DNA from: Candidatus Foliamicus sp.
GTDB taxonomy: Bacteria; Pseudomonadota; Gammaproteobacteria; Steroidobacterales; Foliamicaceae
Assembly: GCA_965238055.1 (NCBI GenBank)
Contig: OZ250178.1
Span: forward strand, 2,009,184-2,073,183
Reading direction: 5' to 3'
Length of the DNA stretch: 64,000 nt
Both the position numbers and the translations under genes were made by a program. Each line of letters begins with the position of its first letter. The first letter of the stretch is position 1. The notes under the pieces are model-generated. The model saw only the letters and a list, made by a program, of their open reading frames with translations. It ran no database searches and had not been told where the DNA came from. This document shows, piece after piece, positions 41,339 through 50,576 of the stretch.

Positions 41339-42664
41339 CTACGCCTGCCGCGCGGCCGCGCGGAAGTGCTTGAGACCGTAGAACAGGAATAGCCCTGCTA
41401 CAGGCGCCGCAATGGCGCTGACCAGGGCAATAGAGCTCCCCACTGCCTGGTCGCTGCCGAATACGTAGTCGATGGTAAGACCCACCGCAGTGGGTCCCGC
41501 GATGGCGGAAAGGATGTTCAGCGCCAGCATCCATACGGCCGACACCGTGGCCCGCAATTGATTCGGTGTTACCAGCTGCAAGGCGGCAGGCCCACAGGCT
41601 ACGGCGAAACATCCGAAGAAAGCGTACGGGCAAAAAAGCACCAGCGTCCAGAAAGCGCTGTCCAGTTGCGTGGTAATCAGGCAGATGGGCGTGAGCGCAC
41701 CCGCGGCGATAATGCCGACCACCAGTGGAGCATCTACTCGCCCCCGACGCCTGAGGAAATCCGTGAACCACCCTCCCGCGAACACCGCTAAGGGAGAGCA
41801 CAGAAGAAGAATCAGCCCAAGTTTGGCGCCTGCTTCCGGTGCACTCAGCCCGAGGTTACGGATCAGGTGTGTGGGCCCCCACAAGAGCAGGTTTGCGATC
41901 GGCGCGGCAAGAATGGCAAATCCGAAAAAGTGGGCCAGGAACATCCGCCATCTCTGCGAGAAAAAGGCAAATACGGTCTGCCACGGGACTTTCTGTTCCG
42001 CACCCGCCATCAGGCCCCGACGCACCGGTTCGCGGATTGTCAGTGCCAGCATGGCCACCAGCACTCCCGGCAGTCCCACGACCATGAAGGCCAATTGCCA
42101 GGACTTGAACTGATTAAAGAAGTCAGGCAGTCCACCGGGAAGAAGTTCGAACGGGATGGCTTCGACCAGTTCAATTACCGCGCCGCCCAAAATAAAGGCG
42201 ACTCCGGCGCCGACAAAAGCAGCGGATTGAAAGACGCCCAGGGCCGTTCCCAGCCGATCCTTGGGAAAATAGTCGCTTATGAGGGAATAAGCGCAAGGCG
42301 AAAGCGTGGCTTCGCCTACCCCTACGCCGACACGCGCCAGCGCCAATTGCCAGAAATTCCGCGCCAGGCCGCAGGCCACGGTCATCAGGCTCCAGAGGAA
42401 GATTCCGGCGCTCACGATCAACCTGCGGCTGCTGCGGTCGGCCAGCCGTCCCAGGGGCAAGCCCATCAAGGCGTAGAACAATGCGAAGTACAACCCGCCC
42501 AGCAGGCCGATGGCGGTGTTGCTAATTTTCAGGTCCTGCATGATGGGCGGGACCAGCAAGGCAAGGATCAGACGGTCGAGGAACGAGAAGATGAAGGCGA
42601 TCATCAGCACGCCCACGACGTACCACGCCAGTACCGGGCTCGGCCAATCCTGTCTGTTGTTCAA
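41339..42664 (-). CDS. MFS transporter
   Basis: 12 TM segments. The loop motif GRLADRSSRRLI lies between TM2 and TM3. Confidence 0.85.
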   Translation of the reverse strand: MNNRQDWPSPVLAWYVVGVLMIAFIFSFLDRLILALLVPPIMQDLKISNTAIGLLGGLYFALFYALMGLPLGRLADRSSRRLIVSAGIFLWSLMTVACGLARNFWQLALARVGVGVGEATLSPCAYSLISDYFPKDRLGTALGVFQSAAFVGAGVAFILGGAVIELVEAIPFELLPGGLPDFFNQFKSWQLAFMVVGLPGVLVAMLALTIREPVRRGLMAGAEQKVPWQTVFAFFSQRWRMFLAHFFGFAILAAPIANLLLWGPTHLIRNLGLSAPEAGAKLGLILLLCSPLAVFAGGWFTDFLRRRGRVDAPLVVGIIAAGALTPICLITTQLDSAFWTLVLFCPYAFFGCFAVACGPAALQLVTPNQLRATVSAVWMLALNILSAIAGPTAVGLTIDYVFGSDQAVGSSIALVSAIAAPVAGLFLFYGLKHFRAAARQA

Positions 42665-42699
42665 GGCGTTGTCCCTATCGTCTCAAGAGGACGCCGGAA

Positions 42700-43950
42700 T
42701 TAGGATTTCTCAAGGTCCAGATCGGTTAGCGAATCCCCGGTCGGCACACCCAGCAGCAGTTTGCCGGTGGGCGTCATCCCATTGTCCCAGTTGAGGCCGC
42801 CGTGCGTCGAGATCGTGCGCATGTCGCGGTAGTGGCGCTGAACGGGGTTGTTGCCGGTTTGCCCGGTGACGCCCATCATGTTCGCCAGCCGGGTTATGGC
42901 ACTCAGGCAGAGCTTGGCCGCCATGGCGGGTTCGCGGCGGATGCGCAGGCGATCAATTCCCCGTATCGTCTTGCCCGAACTGCCGGCCTCGTGCAGGAAC
43001 TGCATCAGGTTGTCGGTGATCAGATCGGCCACCCGCAATTCCTCGAAAGATTCCGCGACCCGAACCTGCACGGGAATCTGGTCGACAATGCTCTCGCCGA
43101 ACATCTGCCCGGTGCGTTCCCGTGTTTGCTCCAGGTAGTGTTCCAGTCCGCCGCGGGTCGCTCCCAACATGGGCCCGCACAGCAGAGTGTAGAAATACTG
43201 TTGCAATTCCGTGCGATAGATATAGCTCTCGTGCAGCTTTGCCCCCGGTGGTTCGGCGCCGGCCAGCTCCTCGGAAAGGACGGTCCGGTATTCCGGAACG
43301 AAAAGGTCCTTGACCAGGATATCCTTGCTCCCGGTGCCCTTCAGACCTTCGGCATGCCAGGTATCGACAATCTCATACTCGCCCGGAAGCAGGTGCGCCA
43401 TTCGAAATTTCACGTTCGAACCTTCAGAGGAACGGCCCTTCATGTTGTAGCGGCCACCTACGATCGCGCAGTTTGCATGGTCCACGCCACTGGCGAAACG
43501 CCATTGACCGGAAAGCACGTAGCCGTCGTCGACCGGCTCCATCTTTCCGCTGCCGGCGAAAGCGGTCGCGATTATCGTGTCCGGGTTGTCCGGCCAGAAT
43601 TCCTCCTGGGCGCGAGGGGGGAAACGGCCCAGCATCCAGGTGTGTGACATCACCACGGACACGACCCATGAAGTCGAGGAGCAGCCGCGGCCGAGTTCCC
43701 GGGAAACGTCCACATGGGCGCCCCAGTCCATTTCGAACCCGCCGTAGCGCTTGGGCGCAAAAATCTTGTGGATTCCCGCCGCCTTTAAATCAGCTACGGT
43801 CTCATCCGGCAGCGTCCGCAGCTCGTCGGTCGCTTGCGCGCGCTCACGCAGTACCGGCACCAGCTTGCGCGCCTCGCGCACCAGTTCCTCACTTGTTGGA
43901 ATGTAGCTGGGTTGCGCCGTGATCGCGCTTGTGCTCTTGGTCTGGGGCAC
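42700..43950 (-). CDS. Acyl-CoA-dehydrogenase-fold flavin-dependent monooxygenase, oxygenase component (HsaA/HpaH-C2-like)
   Basis: 416 aa. The N-terminus LVPVLRERAQATDELRTLPDETVADLKAAG and GQWRFASG are typical of ACAD-type two-component monooxygenases. Confidence 0.65.
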   Translation of the reverse strand: MPQTKSTSAITAQPSYIPTSEELVREARKLVPVLRERAQATDELRTLPDETVADLKAAGIHKIFAPKRYGGFEMDWGAHVDVSRELGRGCSSTSWVVSVVMSHTWMLGRFPPRAQEEFWPDNPDTIIATAFAGSGKMEPVDDGYVLSGQWRFASGVDHANCAIVGGRYNMKGRSSEGSNVKFRMAHLLPGEYEIVDTWHAEGLKGTGSKDILVKDLFVPEYRTVLSEELAGAEPPGAKLHESYIYRTELQQYFYTLLCGPMLGATRGGLEHYLEQTRERTGQMFGESIVDQIPVQVRVAESFEELRVADLITDNLMQFLHEAGSSGKTIRGIDRLRIRREPAMAAKLCLSAITRLANMMGVTGQTGNNPVQRHYRDMRTISTHGGLNWDNGMTPTGKLLLGVPTGDSLTDLDLEKS

Positions 43951-44089
43951 TATGAAGACTCCTTTGAGAACTCCCGTTGATTGCGGCCAGCCGGGACCCC
44001 CGGGTGGGCAGAACTGGCAAGTTTAGCCTCAAACCACCGAAATCAGGTCCCGGCGTGCTGGCTTACAATGCGTCTCGGGAGGAAAGTGC

Positions 44090-44929
44090 ATGAAACGATT
44101 TCGCAGACTGACGGCGCCGACACGGTCCGGTGCGCCGTTGTCGATCATGGTCCTGGCGCTGCTGTTGAGCGCGCCGGGCACAACTGCCGCCCAACAAGAG
44201 GCGGCAGCCGCGGACAGTGGCCCCCCGACGGTCCTGATCACGGGTTCGAATCGCGGAATCGGTTTGGCGTTTGCGACGTGGTATGCACAACAGGGTTGGA
44301 ACGTCATTGCTACCTGCCGTCGTCCCGAAGAGGCCGAGGACCTGCAGGAACTGGCCACGGACCGTCGCAACCTGAGCATTGAGCAGCTTGACGTAACGAG
44401 CGAAGAGCAGATTGCCGCGCTGGTCGAGAGCCACGCGGGTCAACCCATCGACCTGCTGATCAATAACGCGGCAATTCTCGGAACACTGCCCGAGCAAAGC
44501 CTCGGCGGCCTGGATTACGACAGTTTTGAGCAGACCATGGCGGTCAATGTTTATGGCCCGCTGCGCGTTTCAGAAGCCCTTTCGGACAACGTCGCGGCAG
44601 CCGGCGGCAAGATCGTGGCGCTGACCAGCGGGTTGGGCTCGATCACCCTGATGGGCCGCATGCACGGCTTTTATTTCTATCGGATCAGCAAGGCGGCGCT
44701 GAATATGGGCTGGCGCGCCTTGCGGGCGGATCTCAAGCCGCGTGGTGTCGCGGTCCTGCTGGTTGCGCCCGGGATGGTGGACACGCGCCTTTTATTCGAA
44801 TCCGGTTACCGGGGCCCATCACTTACGCCGGACGAGAGCGTCGCCGGCATGGCGGACATTATCGCCAACGCAACGCTGGAGGATCCCGGCGTACCGATTA
44901 ACGTAGACGGGAAGGTCATTCCCTGGTAG
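44090..44929 (+). CDS. SDR-family oxidoreductase with N-terminal signal/anchor sequence (paralog of 18893-19687)
   Basis: LSIMVLALLLSAPGTTAAQ is followed by TVLITGSNRGIGLAFA. Active site YRISK. Confidence 0.8.
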   Translation: MKRFRRLTAPTRSGAPLSIMVLALLLSAPGTTAAQQEAAAADSGPPTVLITGSNRGIGLAFATWYAQQGWNVIATCRRPEEAEDLQELATDRRNLSIEQLDVTSEEQIAALVESHAGQPIDLLINNAAILGTLPEQSLGGLDYDSFEQTMAVNVYGPLRVSEALSDNVAAAGGKIVALTSGLGSITLMGRMHGFYFYRISKAALNMGWRALRADLKPRGVAVLLVAPGMVDTRLLFESGYRGPSLTPDESVAGMADIIANATLEDPGVPINVDGKVIPW

Positions 44930-44939
44930 GAGGTTTCTT

Positions 44940-45581
44940 ATGAAACACACAACACTTGCAATTATTGCCTGCGCAGCCCTGGTGGCGTCATCGCCGGCCG
45001 TGGCGGAGCCGAGCGGCGATAAACAGTTCGCCGGCGCCAGCAGCGGGCTGGAGGGCCGCGAGCATGAATTGGGCCTGGCCCTCGGCGTTGTGCTCAAGAC
45101 CATGCACGAGGACGAGTCGTACGTGCATGAACTCAATGACGCTCTGGTCAAGGCTTTGCTCTCGCAAATGCAGTTCGCCAAGGACCAGGGCATGATTGAT
45201 AATCTCATTGCCCACGAAGTTGAAACGCTGGAGCCCTTGTTGAAGCGCATCCGCAAGCACTACGAGCGTACCGGCGACCTGGAAATGGTAATGGTGGGCA
45301 TGGTTGACCGCACCTCCTGCCACTATCAGTTGATCTTCGAGACGGAAAGCAAGCCCGGTTATCGTGCCTGGCAGTCACCCTGGTCACGCGTACTTACGCA
45401 GACTCGGCGGCTTGGCCAGCACGACCTCACCGAGGCGGAAGTTCACGACATCTGGGTGCGGCAACGCCTGCAGGCCTATGCCAACGTGATCGGAGTGGGA
45501 CTGGAAGTGTCGAAGCTCGGCGACGACGGCCGGGTCTGGGTACGCGCAGTTCAGCCCGACGCTGCTTCAGCCGGCCAGTAA
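44940..45581 (+). CDS. Hypothetical exported protein
   Basis: Signal peptide MKHTTLAIIACAALVASSPAVA. 10 nt after the SDR stop. No motif recognised. Confidence 0.55.
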   Translation: MKHTTLAIIACAALVASSPAVAEPSGDKQFAGASSGLEGREHELGLALGVVLKTMHEDESYVHELNDALVKALLSQMQFAKDQGMIDNLIAHEVETLEPLLKRIRKHYERTGDLEMVMVGMVDRTSCHYQLIFETESKPGYRAWQSPWSRVLTQTRRLGQHDLTEAEVHDIWVRQRLQAYANVIGVGLEVSKLGDDGRVWVRAVQPDAASAGQ

Positions 45582-45587
45582 GCCCTC

Positions 45588-45636
45588 CCTGGGAACGAGG
45601 GCGTCCCCCTGGGAACGAGGGCGTCCCGCCTTCGAA
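45588..45636. repeat. REP-like copies (1.5)
   Basis: cctgggaacgagggcgtccccctgggaacgagggcgtcccgccttcgaa. Confidence 0.8.
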
Positions 45637-45658
45637 CTCTTCGCCTTCTTGCGCGCGA

Positions 45659-45730
45659 GCGCTTGGTGCTCCCCCTTGGGGCCTCAGCCACATTCGCGAC
45701 GCTTCCGCCCCAAGGGGGAGCACCAAGCGC
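45659..45730. repeat. 72-nt perfect hairpin (24-bp stem, 24-nt loop), second palindromic element family, copy A
   Basis: GCGCTTGGTGCTCCCCCTTGGGGC - ctcAGCCACATTCGCGACGCTtcc - GCCCCAAGGGGGAGCACCAAGCGC. Confidence 0.85.
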
Positions 45731-45758
45731 TAAACCGAACAGAAGTGCGCAAACCAAA

Positions 45759-45829
45759 GCGCGTTGTTGCCCCCTTCCTGGCAGGAGCGTCGCGAATGTG
45801 GCTCCAGAAGGAAGGGGGCAACAACGCGC
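45759..45829. repeat. 71-nt hairpin (20-bp perfect stem), copy B; loop core inverted relative to copy A
   Basis: GCGCGTTGTTGCCCCCTTCC - tggcaggAGCGTCGCGAATGTGGCTccagaa - GGAAGGGGGCAACAACGCGC. Confidence 0.85.
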
Positions 45830-45858
45830 GAAGGATTGGCGCAACACCGCGCGCAGGG

Positions 45859-48231
45859 TTAGCTGCCCCCAAGGCCTCGGGAGATCGCCACGAATAGCGT
45901 GTTCTCCGGACGAGCCAGAGCGCGGTGGCCGGGCTCGAAGGAGCGCCACGCTTCAAGCCGGATTCGCCAGCCCTCTACGCCGGTGACGCTCGACGACAGG
46001 GCCGTCTCGTACCCAAAGGTCAAGTCAATCTGCCGCCCGCTTGGTTCCGCACCGAGCAGTGCGTTTTCTCTAACGACGCCGCCCGCCCGTGTTCTGCCGA
46101 TCGGGTAGTCCAGTACCAGCCCGCCAGACTCGTTCCTGAGCGGTTGTGAAACCATCAGCCACATACGCTCCTGATTGCCGAAAACGGATCCCTTGAAGTG
46201 AAATCCAGCACTGAACGCGCTGCTTAGCACGCCCTGCATGCCGCGGAAAAGGCCCCGGGTCGCCTCGCCCGAGGTGTATCCTCCTTGCGCCACGGCCACC
46301 AGCTTGAGTCCGGCTGCGAGCTCTCGCTCCGCCAGCAAGCGCGTGAACCAGGTGCTGCCGGCGAGTCGCCCGTACGCGCCCGCGGCGCCTGCTCCCAGCA
46401 GCCGCTCCGATTCCCTGAGCAAGCCGATGTCCACGGAGAATCGCCGGCCGCTGCTGCCGATATCCAGGTTCAGGAAGGCGCCTTGCGCGCGTCCCGGCTC
46501 GGTCAGGCGCTCGCCAAGCGTAGTTCCCGAGTTCTGGACGAAGAAACCGCTGCGAATCCTCGCGCGATCGCCTACCGTAAACAGGTCGCGCGCAACTCCG
46601 ACACCAGGCCTTCCGAGTGCGATCCAGGCATTTTCCAAACCGGATATGCGGGGCAAGGCATTCCCCCGTCCGACTCGGTCGTAGAGCGCGCCGGTAAGGC
46701 CAATGGCCGATGAAATAGTCCACTCGCCGAATACTGCGGCCGTTTCCGGCACAGGTTCCGCGGCGCGCTCAAGAAAACGGGCAAACTGCCGGTCGGCCCG
46801 AAACCCATCATCCAGTGGCCAGTGCGCACTGAAGCTCTCCATTGGAATAAAGAATGGGGCATTCAGGCTGTCGAACACTGCCAATTCCAGTCCGGCAAAC
46901 GCATCTTGCAATGCGTCGCCCCAGGCAGGACCGGCCGCGACAGTACTGCGTGCCAAGGTCACAGACGGCCCGTCCAGCATTTGAGACAGTGAAACGCTCG
47001 CGGCGCCGATGGGCCGGGTGGCCTTTTCTACATCAAGCAGACCTTCACCGTAGATGTTGCGGTTTGCGTAGATACCAGTCTTGTCGGCAGCGGCGAAAAG
47101 CCGGGTGACCAGCTCGGTAGAACCGAGCTGTCCACGGAACGCTTCTTCCATCAGCGCCAGCGCCCCCGCCACATGCGGAGCGGCGGCCGAGGTTCCGGCA
47201 ATACGGAAGTAATCGTTATCACTTCTGGCCGTGGGGGCGAGTACGCCGTGCCCGGGCGCCGCGATGCAGAAATTCGCCGCAACGCCGCAGTGGTTGGAGT
47301 ACGAAGCAATGGTTCCGTCGGACTGCGTAGCCACGACGGTCACGAAATGCCCCTTCAGCGCCGGGAACAGGTGGGGCGTGCCGGCAGTGATATTGGGGGA
47401 TGAAGCGTCGGCCAGATTGCCCTGCGCATCGCGCTTGCCGAAGGAATTGCCGGCTGCCCATACCAGAATCATCTTTTCGGAATCCGTCGTTCCCGCCTGC
47501 AGCAGGCTATCGATCGTGCGGCCGAAAGCGCCGCGGTATTCGCCCGCCGTGTAGTCCGTGACCACGCCCTCGTAACCAAAACTGTGATTGATGATGCGGG
47601 TTATGCCGCTGATGCGGCGATAGATTCCCTGGCCTTGCTCATCCAGGCTTCTGAACGATGCGCCATTGCTCAAGTTCACGGGACGGTAGATGGGGGTTCC
47701 GCTGCCGAGCTGTATGCCGATTGCCAGGAGTTCCGCGTCGTATGCCACTCCATGCATCTGATTGCCCAGCTTGGCGCCCGCAATCAGGCCACCCACCGCG
47801 GTTCCATGCGAAGCCGTGTCGCGAATGGAAGTAAAGGAGCAGGTACCGCCTGGGCAGGACTGTGACGCGATGGCGGACCGCGAGTGCAGTTTGTTTTCGA
47901 ACGCATCGTGATTCGGATCCACGCCCGTGTCGATTATTCCGACCGTCACGCCGGCGCCGGTAAAGCCCCGCGCATAGGCATAGTCAGCCTTGATTTCCGG
48001 AAGACTCCATTGGCCTCGGAACTCCCGAGAATCGGCAATCGTCGTGCGCTCGGTTTCTTGCGCTGTGGTCAGCCCCGCATCGTCCGGAAAGCTTGTCGGG
48101 TCCGGACGCTCCGGCTCCGGCGGCATGACGGGTGGGGGTGGCGGCGGAGTCTGGGTCCCGCCGCTACTGCCGCATGCGGCTACCGCTAATGTGGAGAACA
48201 GGAATAGGGCTATACCGAGTTTCTTTTTCAC
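45859..48231 (-). CDS. Subtilisin-family (S8) serine protease lipoprotein with large C-terminal beta-rich domain
   Basis: I place the start at GTG 48229-48231 (SD GGAG 8 nt upstream). Lipobox-like signal KKKLGIALFLFSTLAVAAC. Catalytic triad motifs IIDTGVD, HGTAVGG and GTSAAAPHVAG. Confidence 0.85.
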   Translation of the reverse strand: MKKKLGIALFLFSTLAVAACGSSGGTQTPPPPPPVMPPEPERPDPTSFPDDAGLTTAQETERTTIADSREFRGQWSLPEIKADYAYARGFTGAGVTVGIIDTGVDPNHDAFENKLHSRSAIASQSCPGGTCSFTSIRDTASHGTAVGGLIAGAKLGNQMHGVAYDAELLAIGIQLGSGTPIYRPVNLSNGASFRSLDEQGQGIYRRISGITRIINHSFGYEGVVTDYTAGEYRGAFGRTIDSLLQAGTTDSEKMILVWAAGNSFGKRDAQGNLADASSPNITAGTPHLFPALKGHFVTVVATQSDGTIASYSNHCGVAANFCIAAPGHGVLAPTARSDNDYFRIAGTSAAAPHVAGALALMEEAFRGQLGSTELVTRLFAAADKTGIYANRNIYGEGLLDVEKATRPIGAASVSLSQMLDGPSVTLARSTVAAGPAWGDALQDAFAGLELAVFDSLNAPFFIPMESFSAHWPLDDGFRADRQFARFLERAAEPVPETAAVFGEWTISSAIGLTGALYDRVGRGNALPRISGLENAWIALGRPGVGVARDLFTVGDRARIRSGFFVQNSGTTLGERLTEPGRAQGAFLNLDIGSSGRRFSVDIGLLRESERLLGAGAAGAYGRLAGSTWFTRLLAERELAAGLKLVAVAQGGYTSGEATRGLFRGMQGVLSSAFSAGFHFKGSVFGNQERMWLMVSQPLRNESGGLVLDYPIGRTRAGGVVRENALLGAEPSGRQIDLTFGYETALSSSVTGVEGWRIRLEAWRSFEPGHRALARPENTLFVAISRGLGGS

Positions 48232-48343
48232 GTTTTTTACTCCGTCAGTCCACCCCACCAATCCCCGCTTATCATTTGCCCGCAAGTATAGCAACCTACT
48301 GCGCCGGGCAGCCGACACCGGCCGAGCGAAGGGAGGCTCTCTC

Positions 48344-49396
48344 ATGTCACACCCGATTTCCCGTCCTGGCGCATCAGTGCGTACCCGAACTGCGTGCGCG
48401 CAGGCCGCAACGCTTGTTCTCGGGCTTGCCTGGATGCTTGTTGCGTCGCCGTCGGAAGTAGCGACCGCGGTCCCCAAGGCCTACAAGACCGATTGGGGAC
48501 CGCACGGTGTGCATGTGATCGACAACCACACAATGCCGTCGGAATCTGGACAACGCAGCCTTCGGGTCCGTATCGCCTATCCCGACGGAGAAGGCCCTTT
48601 CCCGCTGGTGGTGTATTCGCATGGCTTCAACTGCTACCGGGAAAGCTATTCAGGACTTACCGATCACTGGGCTTCGCATGGTTATGCCGTCGTATTGCCC
48701 GAACATCCCGACTGCCCTACTGCGCAAGCAAAGCTGAGCCCCGAAGATATTCGCAACCTGCTCTACATCCGTATTTCCGACGTAGCGCGGGTGTTGGACG
48801 CGCTTTTTTCGCCGGGCCAGGTAATTCCGGGATTGACTGGACGAATCGACTACGAGCGCAAGGCGATCGCCGGGCATTCCTTCGGCGGGATGATTGCCCA
48901 GGTAACCTGGGGGCAGCCCCTGAAGGACGTGCACAGTTCCGAGCAGGTCAGCTACGCGCTGGGCTTTGACGCGGCCATCGTCATGAGCGGCGTGGGGCAG
49001 ATGCCGCAGATGGCGAACGGCTCGTTTGACGAAATTCCCGGCCCGGTGCTTGTGACCGGTGGGACACTGGATACGGGCAATGTGGGTGGCCCCGTCACCT
49101 ATCCCTGGGAATGGCGAATGTCCGCCTTCGACTTGGGTCCGCCGGGACACAAGTACTCGGTGATTCTTGAACAAGGCGATCATTATCTGGGTGGCCTGAT
49201 CTGTCGGGAGGACCGGGGCGGACCCGACAATCGCGGCGGCGCTCACGACACGGGAGGTCTTGAAATCCTCGCCGGTGTGACCACGGTATTCCTGGACGCC
49301 TGGCTGAACAAGGATGCAGCGGCCAACAGGTTCCTCGAAGAGTTCCAGCAACACACCTCAGTCACCGGGGGACGCGCCCGCTTCGCCCAAAAATAA
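48344..49396 (+). CDS. Exported alpha/beta hydrolase (dienelactone-hydrolase/PAF-acetylhydrolase-like)
   Basis: ATG 48344 with SD GGGAGG. Signal-like N-terminus. Motifs FPLVVYSHGF and nucleophile elbow GHSFGG. Confidence 0.8.
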   Translation: MSHPISRPGASVRTRTACAQAATLVLGLAWMLVASPSEVATAVPKAYKTDWGPHGVHVIDNHTMPSESGQRSLRVRIAYPDGEGPFPLVVYSHGFNCYRESYSGLTDHWASHGYAVVLPEHPDCPTAQAKLSPEDIRNLLYIRISDVARVLDALFSPGQVIPGLTGRIDYERKAIAGHSFGGMIAQVTWGQPLKDVHSSEQVSYALGFDAAIVMSGVGQMPQMANGSFDEIPGPVLVTGGTLDTGNVGGPVTYPWEWRMSAFDLGPPGHKYSVILEQGDHYLGGLICREDRGGPDNRGGAHDTGGLEILAGVTTVFLDAWLNKDAAANRFLEEFQQHTSVTGGRARFAQK

Positions 49397-49484
49397 TCAC
49401 GACTACGTAAACTATCGCATCAGCCGGGCCCCCATGTTCATGCAATATTCCGATAGGCGATCTGACACCTTCTTAAGCCGGAAA

Positions 49485-50486
49485 ATGGCAGGCCGGGTTG
49501 CAGTGGCCCTGGCGCTTGTCGCAGCGGCATGCAGGCCGGCAATTACGCACGCGGAAACCCAGCCGGAAGCCTACAAGACGGAAAGGGGGCCGCATGAAGT
49601 GCACGTGATCGACAATCACGTGTTGCCGGCCGAACCGGGCCAGCGAAACCTGCGGGCGCGCATTGTATTTCCAGGCAGCGAGGGGCCGTTTGCCTTAGTG
49701 GTGTTCTCGCATGGCTTCGCTTGCTATCGCGAACATTACGCCGGGTTGACCGACCACTGGGCCTCGCACGGCTATGCCGTCGTGCAGCCGGAACATCCCG
49801 ACTGCCCAACCGCGCAAGTCAAGCTCAGCGCGCAGGATGCCGTCAACCTCCTCTACGTCCGAATTTCCGACATAGCGCGCGTGCTCGACGCGCTGTTTGC
49901 GCCCGGCCAGGAAATACCGGGGCTGACCGGCCGTATCGACTACGACCGCAAGGTGATCGCGGGACATTCCTTCGGCGGGATGATCGCGCAGATCATCTGG
50001 GGTCAGCCCTTGCAAGACCGATACAGTTCCGAGAGCGTGAGCTACGCACTGGACTTCGATGCGGCCATCGTTATGAGCGGCCCGGGGCCGATGCCGCAGA
50101 TGGCCGAAGGGGCCTTCACCGAAATGCCGGGACCGTTGCTGGTAACGGGCGGCACCCGGGATACCCGCAACGCAGGCGATGGTGTTATCCAACCCTGGGA
50201 ATGGCGCATGTCGGCCTACGATTTAAGCCCGCCGGGACACAAGTATTCCGTGGTGCTCGAGCAAGGCGATCATTACCTGGGCGGACTCATCTGCCGCGAC
50301 GATCGGGGCGGGCCGGACAATCGCGGCGGCGCCCACGACACGGAGGGACAGACGATCCTGGCCGGCGCTACCACCGCCTTCCTTGACGCCTGGATGAACA
50401 ACGACGCAGCCGCCAAGCGCTTTCTCAAGGACTTCGACCAGCACGCCGCTCTAACAGGCGGCCGCGCCCGCTTCGCCCGGAAATAA
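49485..50486 (+). CDS. Exported alpha/beta hydrolase, tandem paralog
   Basis: Collinear with 48344-49396 over the whole mature region, with most positions identical by eye. GHSFGG is present. The start is ambiguous (ATG 49434 or 49485). Confidence 0.8.
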   Translation: MAGRVAVALALVAAACRPAITHAETQPEAYKTERGPHEVHVIDNHVLPAEPGQRNLRARIVFPGSEGPFALVVFSHGFACYREHYAGLTDHWASHGYAVVQPEHPDCPTAQVKLSAQDAVNLLYVRISDIARVLDALFAPGQEIPGLTGRIDYDRKVIAGHSFGGMIAQIIWGQPLQDRYSSESVSYALDFDAAIVMSGPGPMPQMAEGAFTEMPGPLLVTGGTRDTRNAGDGVIQPWEWRMSAYDLSPPGHKYSVVLEQGDHYLGGLICRDDRGGPDNRGGAHDTEGQTILAGATTAFLDAWMNNDAAAKRFLKDFDQHAALTGGRARFARK

Positions 50487-50491
50487 CCTTC

Positions 50492-50517
50492 CCTGGGAAT
50501 GAGGGCGTCCCGCCCTC
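50492..50517. repeat. REP-like copy
   Basis: cctgggaatgagggcgtcccgccctc. Confidence 0.8.
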
Positions 50518-50576
50518 AAGATCGAAGTGCGCTACTTTTGTAGCAGCGGGGGCGAGTACGCCCTCCGTCCCAGGCG

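Noticed and set aside
45551-45986. Overlapping 82-132-aa ORFs on both strands between 45551 and 45986.
   Set aside because: They run through the REP copies and the two long perfect hairpins. A 24-bp perfect palindrome inside a gene is implausible, and the peptides are low in complexity.
47990-48343. N-terminal 118-codon extension of the first exported hydrolase ORF (ORF-track start 47990).
   Set aside because: The extension overlaps the 5' end of the divergent S8 protease gene and is Gly/Arg-rich. ATG 48344 has a GGGAGG SD and is followed by a signal-like sequence.
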